DNA of 64,000 bases, from the IMG/VR virus record IMGVR_UViG_3300045988_165521; one strand, written 5' to 3'. The position numbers and the translations under genes are program-made. Below, one piece after another: positions 59,713 to 64,000 of this stretch (within the stretch, counting starts at the first letter, position 1; each line of letters begins with the position of its first letter). Source of the stretch: a virus. The notes beneath the pieces were generated by a model that worked only from the letters and a program-made list of their open reading frames with translations, made no database searches and was not told the origin of the DNA.

Positions 59713-60555
59713 ATGCGTAAAGAGACAGAATTTGGCGAGAAGTTACGTAGCGTGTTAGAATCAATTGATTCCTTAACATGGAGAGACAAAAGTGGGAATG
59801 ATGTTAAACTTGTTGATGCATCTGTAGAGGACTTACGTAAATGATATAAGCACTGTTATGAGATGTTACATAACGTTAGTCCTTGGAATCCTGGTAAGTT
59901 TATAGTTAGAGAAAACATTCATCGAACTTGAGATTCATGTAATACGGAACTATTTGTTAGATACATTCTTCATGAATGCGAAACAGATATCAAAACTAAG
60001 AAAGATATCTTAGATTATATTAATAAACAAAGAGCAGCATCTGAAAAAGATATACTAAATGATTCAATAGCAAGTATATTTAATGGTGTTCCTCCTATTT
60101 TTGAAAAAGTAACAGTAAATCGTCTTATGGATGCTTGTTTTGATAAACTTGACGTTCTTAATAAGAAAATGATTACTGATAAATTCATTTTAGCACAAGG
60201 AATTTGGCTAACGGACGAGGAAAAAATTGAGCTAACTGAAGTTGGCAAAGACGGCAAAGCAAGAAATAGAATGGAAGTTATTAAGGAACGATTGTGTTTA
60301 AATCCTGATATCAAATTAAGAGTTAGTCCTACAGGGTTATCTTTTACAGAATTTAGATCTTTAGTTCAACTTAGCTCTTTACCAAAAATTTCTTCTTTAA
60401 CTACAATTGCACTGAAAACACTAAGAGATAAGATCTTATTACTTTTAGATAACGATCTCGATTATCATATAAATAAATGAAGTACATTAATGTCTAATAT
60501 TCAACGAGTTGCGGATGCTCGAAATATTGAAATTAATCCTCCTGCAGGAAATTAA
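59713..60555 (+). CDS. hypothetical protein (280 aa), TGA=Trp
   Basis: The frame from ATG 59713 is in phase with track ORF 60127..60480. It is interrupted only by TGA (59842, 59929 and 60478) and ends with the TAA at 60553-55. Confidence 0.6.
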
Positions 60556-60600
60556 TTAGTACTAAAAATTTTATTTTTTAAATAAAAATTTGTATCTTTG

Positions 60601-61824
60601 ATGAACAGAACGGAACGTCAAAAGCTTGCTATTAGACGTTGATTAGATAGTAATGGGATAGGCACAATTGTTGCTGCAACTGGATTTGGTAAGACCTATA
60701 TGACTTGCATGTTGATAAAGGCACTATATAATAAAAATCCTAGACTATCTGTATTAATTGGAGTTCCTACAGAGGTTCTAAAAGAACAATGACTTAGAGA
60801 GTTGGCTAAAAACCAACTCTTTTCTGTCTGTAAGGTAGAGATATTTAACACTATTGTTAAAAATCAGTATACAGTTGATTTATTTGTAATTGATGAAATT
60901 CATTGCGCATGTAGTGAAAATAACATCAATATGTTTAAAGCTGTAAAATATCGTTATTTTTTAGGATTAACTGCTACATTTGAGAGATTAGACGGAAAAG
61001 AAGACCGATTATCTGAGTTTACTTATGTTTGTGATCGTATAAATATAAAGGAAGCAGTTGATAATAATTGATTATCTGATTATAGAAATTATAAAGTTTT
61101 AATTGATGTAGACTTATCTCTATATCATGAATGAAATCAGAAATTTCAAAATCTATTTTCTATATTTAATTTTGAATTTAATACAGTAATGAATTGTATT
61201 AGTCGTCCTGGTTTTGCAAGTAAATATGCAAAGAAAACAGGATGAAGTGAATCTCAAGTTAAAGGATTTGCAGCAGCTTGAATGAGAATGTTAAGAAAAC
61301 GTAAGTCTTTTGTAATGTCTCATCCTAAGAAATTTGAAATAGCAGATAAGATATTAGATGCAAGAAGTAATAAAAAAGCAATTACTTTTTCAGCTACTAT
61401 TAAAGATGCAGAATATTTTAAGAAACGAGGATATGTTTTACATAGTAAACAGAAAAAGAAGGAAAATAATACCATTATAGAAAGTTTTAACCAACAAACT
61501 ATAGGTGTATTAAGTACTTCAAAATCTTGCGACGCAGGTGTAGATATAAAAGGGTTAAGTGTTGGAATTATATTAAGTGGAGATAGTTCAAAGACAAGGA
61601 CTACGCAGAGGATTGGAAGAATTTGTCGATTCGAACAAGGTAAACTCGCAGAAATGTTTACACTAGTTATTAAGGGAACTATAGAAGAAACCTGATATAA
61701 TAACTCTAATTCAAACCAACAGTATATAACTATTGATGAATCACAATTAGATATAGTGTTAAGTGGAAAGGAGATTTCTACTAGACCAAAAAAAGGCATA
61801 ATAGATATAGAACATAGATTTTAA
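60601..61824 (+). CDS. superfamily 2 (DEAD/DEAH-type) helicase, TGA=Trp
   Basis: Motif I is AATGFGKT, motif II VIDEIH, motif III GLTAT and motif VI TQRIGRICR. The 407-aa frame is broken only by TGA codons. Confidence 0.85.
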
Positions 61825-61870
61825 TAAATAGATCTAACGTAGTACGTTTGTTTATTTTTTATCGTATTAT

Positions 61871-62476
61871 ATGGAGTTAGATACGATTCTTAATATTATG
61901 GCTAAATATAAACTAACAGCTGATGAGTTACTGTTAGTTTATTTAACGTTTATTGCTCAAACAGAAAATGGAGATCCTAAAATAAATAGGAACTATTTTC
62001 GAAGGTGATATGAAGGGGGCGGCAAAGAAAGATTACGAGAATTATTCAATTCACTAAAAGAGAAAGGAGTAATCAGGAAAAACTATAACCCAAGTACTTA
62101 TGATCCTGATGAAATTGAATTTAATCAGAATTTTATAAAACAATATTTTAAACTTTCTGGAGAGCTTGGCATGGAATTAGAGGATGCTTATCCAACTAAT
62201 TTATACTTTAATGGGAAAACAGTTAGTTTAAAAAATATTGCAAAGAAATTCTTAAATATGTCAGAATTCTACTTCTGATATTCCTCTACTATTGGACATA
62301 GTATTGAAAAGCATCGTGAAATATTAGAGATACTAGAATGAGCTAAATCTAAAGATCTTGTACAAGTTTCTATGATTGAATTTGTTTCCAGTCAAAAATG
62401 GAAAGAGTTTAAAGAAATGCGAGATAAAGGAATTAATGGCAAAGTTAGTACTGAACAACTTTACGATACTGCTTAA
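61871..62476 (+). CDS. hypothetical replication-module protein (201 aa), TGA=Trp
   Basis: The frame from ATG 61871 has three in-frame TGA and a TAATG overlap with the DnaB-like gene. Confidence 0.55.
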
Positions 62477-63600
62477 TGTCTATTGTAGATGAATTATATT
62501 CTGAAATTGACAATGGTAGAGAAGGTAGAAACTTAGGTTTAAAAACTGGATTGCCAAAGTTGGATTGATATACAGGCGGATTCCAAAAAGGAGTTTACAA
62601 ATTAATATTTGGACAAAGTGGTTCAGGTAAAAGTTCATATGTAATATATTCTGATTTATATCGTATATTACGAGATTATCCAGATAGAGATATTGTACAT
62701 GTATATTTTAGTCTGGAAATGAGTTCGAAAGTTTTACTTGCTAAATTGCTTAATCTATATATATATGATACTTATGGAATAGAAATTTCTTATATGACAC
62801 TAATGTCCGTTCGAGAAAAACTATCTGATAAATATTATAAGTATATTCAAGAGTCCAGAGTATGACTAAACTCAATCATACATAAGCTTATTATCTTTGA
62901 TAAACAGCTAAGTTCTAATACTTTCTATGGTAATATGAAAGAACTTCTAAAACAATGAGGTACTTTTCAAGATATTGATGAAGGTAGAAGAAATATTTAT
63001 ATTCCAAGTAATCCCGATAAAATAATAAATGTAATAATTGATCATGCTGGTTTATTAACTCCAGTTGATGGTAGAACTAAAAAACAGGAAATTGATCAAA
63101 CCTCGCAATACTGCGTTTATTTTAGAGAAAAGTGTGGAATATCTATTGACTTTATTATGCAAGAAAATAGAAACACAAGTGATGTAAATAGATTAAAAAT
63201 GGATCTTGCAGAGCCAACCCTTGATGATGTTAAGGATTCTGGTAATGCAGGTAATGACTGTAATATTTGTGTTGCAGTATATAATCCTATAAAACATCAA
63301 CGTAGTACTTATAGAGGATATACTATCATTAATAAAGAATATCCAGAAGAATCTTTAGGTTCTGCTATGCGTGGATTAATATTATTAAAACATCGATTTG
63401 GAGTTGCAAATAAAGTTTTTTGTACTGGCTTTCAAGGTAGTTTAGGACGATTTGAGGAACTTCCTGATCCAGGAAGTATTAATTATGAAGTATATCAATC
63501 TTGAAAAGATGAGAAGTTAGAAGATGAAATAACAAAAGATACAGCTGCAAAAGATGCAGAAGAAAAAGATAGCTTACAAAAACCAATATTCAAATTTTAA
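62476..63600 (+). CDS. DnaB-like (RecA-fold) replicative helicase domain protein, TGA=Trp
   Basis: Walker A is FGQSGSGKS; SLEM, IIDHAGL and LKHRFG follow in DnaB C-terminal order. The track only found 63157..63504. Confidence 0.8.
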
Positions 63601-63602
63601 AT

Positions 63603-63710
63603 ATGGCTATCACATTACCAACAAACAAAATTCCTGCAGAAACTCAGGACCCAAGAAATTTAATTATTTTCTCAAAACCAAAATACGGTGGCTTTCGCCG
63701 TGTATTATAG
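63603..63710 (+). CDS. 35-aa ORF resembling the N-terminus of a P-loop ATPase, truncated within the P-loop
   Basis: Translation is MAITLPTNKIPAETQDPRNLIIFSKPKYG then GFRRVL-stop. The break coincides with the hairpin ACGGTGGCTTTCGCCGT, and an endonuclease-like ORF follows. Confidence 0.35.
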   Translation: MAITLPTNKIPAETQDPRNLIIFSKPKYGGFRRVL

Positions 63711-63801
63711 TAATATAATACTTATGAATGGGCAAAAACGGTGAATTCTAAAAATTTGCCATATATTTACATTCTTAGTTGGAATTTCCAGAATCTTTAT
63801 G

Positions 63802-63809
63802 TAAATTTG
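63802..63809 (+). promoter_or_regulatory. Bacteroidota-type -7 box candidate (TAnnTTTG)
   Basis: TAAATTTG lies 31 nt upstream of the ATG at 63841. Confidence 0.35.
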
Positions 63810-63840
63810 CATTATTAATTTTTAAACTAAAATAATTATT

Positions 63841-64000
63841 ATGCAAATTAAAAGACAAAAATATTCGTATGAATTATTACAAGAGTGTTCAAATTATTTA
63901 AATACACACTCTCTTAAGGAAACAGCTATACACTATAACCTTAGTTATAAAACAATGATAAATGGGTTAATTAGGTTTGGATTTTATACTCCAACTAGAA
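63841..64000 (+). mobile_element. partial ORF resembling the N-terminal HTH region of the HNH endonuclease family (copy 4, truncated by the window end)
   Basis: MQIKRQKYSYELLQECSNYLNTHSLKETAIHYNLSYKTMINGLIRFGF parallels the N-termini of copies 1-3 (for example SYNEIAKILGCSKSIVGYY). Confidence 0.4.

Noticed and set aside
60593-60600. TATCTTTG box as the promoter of the SF2 helicase gene.
   Set aside because: The box directly abuts the ATG at 60601, so a transcript started downstream of it would lack the start codon. I only note the similarity to the box at 45371.

Overview
AT-rich, densely packed bacteriophage DNA. The TAnnTTTG promoter-like boxes, the lack of Shine-Dalgarno sequences and the tmRNA type suggest a large phage of a Bacteroidota-type host (inference only). 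I support about 105 CDS, 23 canonical tRNAs, 5 non-canonical tRNA-like genes, one tRNA fragment, a tmRNA and a self-splicing-type group I intron. There are also several ORF-free blocks of 0.3-1.5 kb next to tRNAs. Main points: (1) TGA is read as Trp in many genes. These include RNase HI, two helicases, a metallophosphoesterase, a 750-codon cell-wall hydrolase and four HNH endonuclease genes. Other genes in the same window appear to use TGA as a true stop. (2) The matching decoder is a tRNA with anticodon UCA. It is split by a group I intron at position 34/35 and carries an extra hairpin whose loop is a tRNA-Trp CCA anticodon loop. (3) A family of at least 19 small proteins with a C-terminal YRI[WYIF]-type tail is interleaved almost one-to-one with the tRNA genes. 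(4) Four hairpins have different but compensating 11-bp stems and an identical TTTGATCG loop, and they sit inside the large non-coding blocks. (5) GC-richer single-gene units with their own terminators are scattered among the AT-rich genes. Functions recognisable by motif include tRNA/RNA repair-type enzymes, AAA+ ATPases, a CobS/CobT-like pair, GMP reductase, methylglyoxal synthase, a radical SAM enzyme, SPFH and ClpP-like proteins. All coordinates were derived by hand. Non-track ORFs and RNA boundaries should be re-checked computationally.
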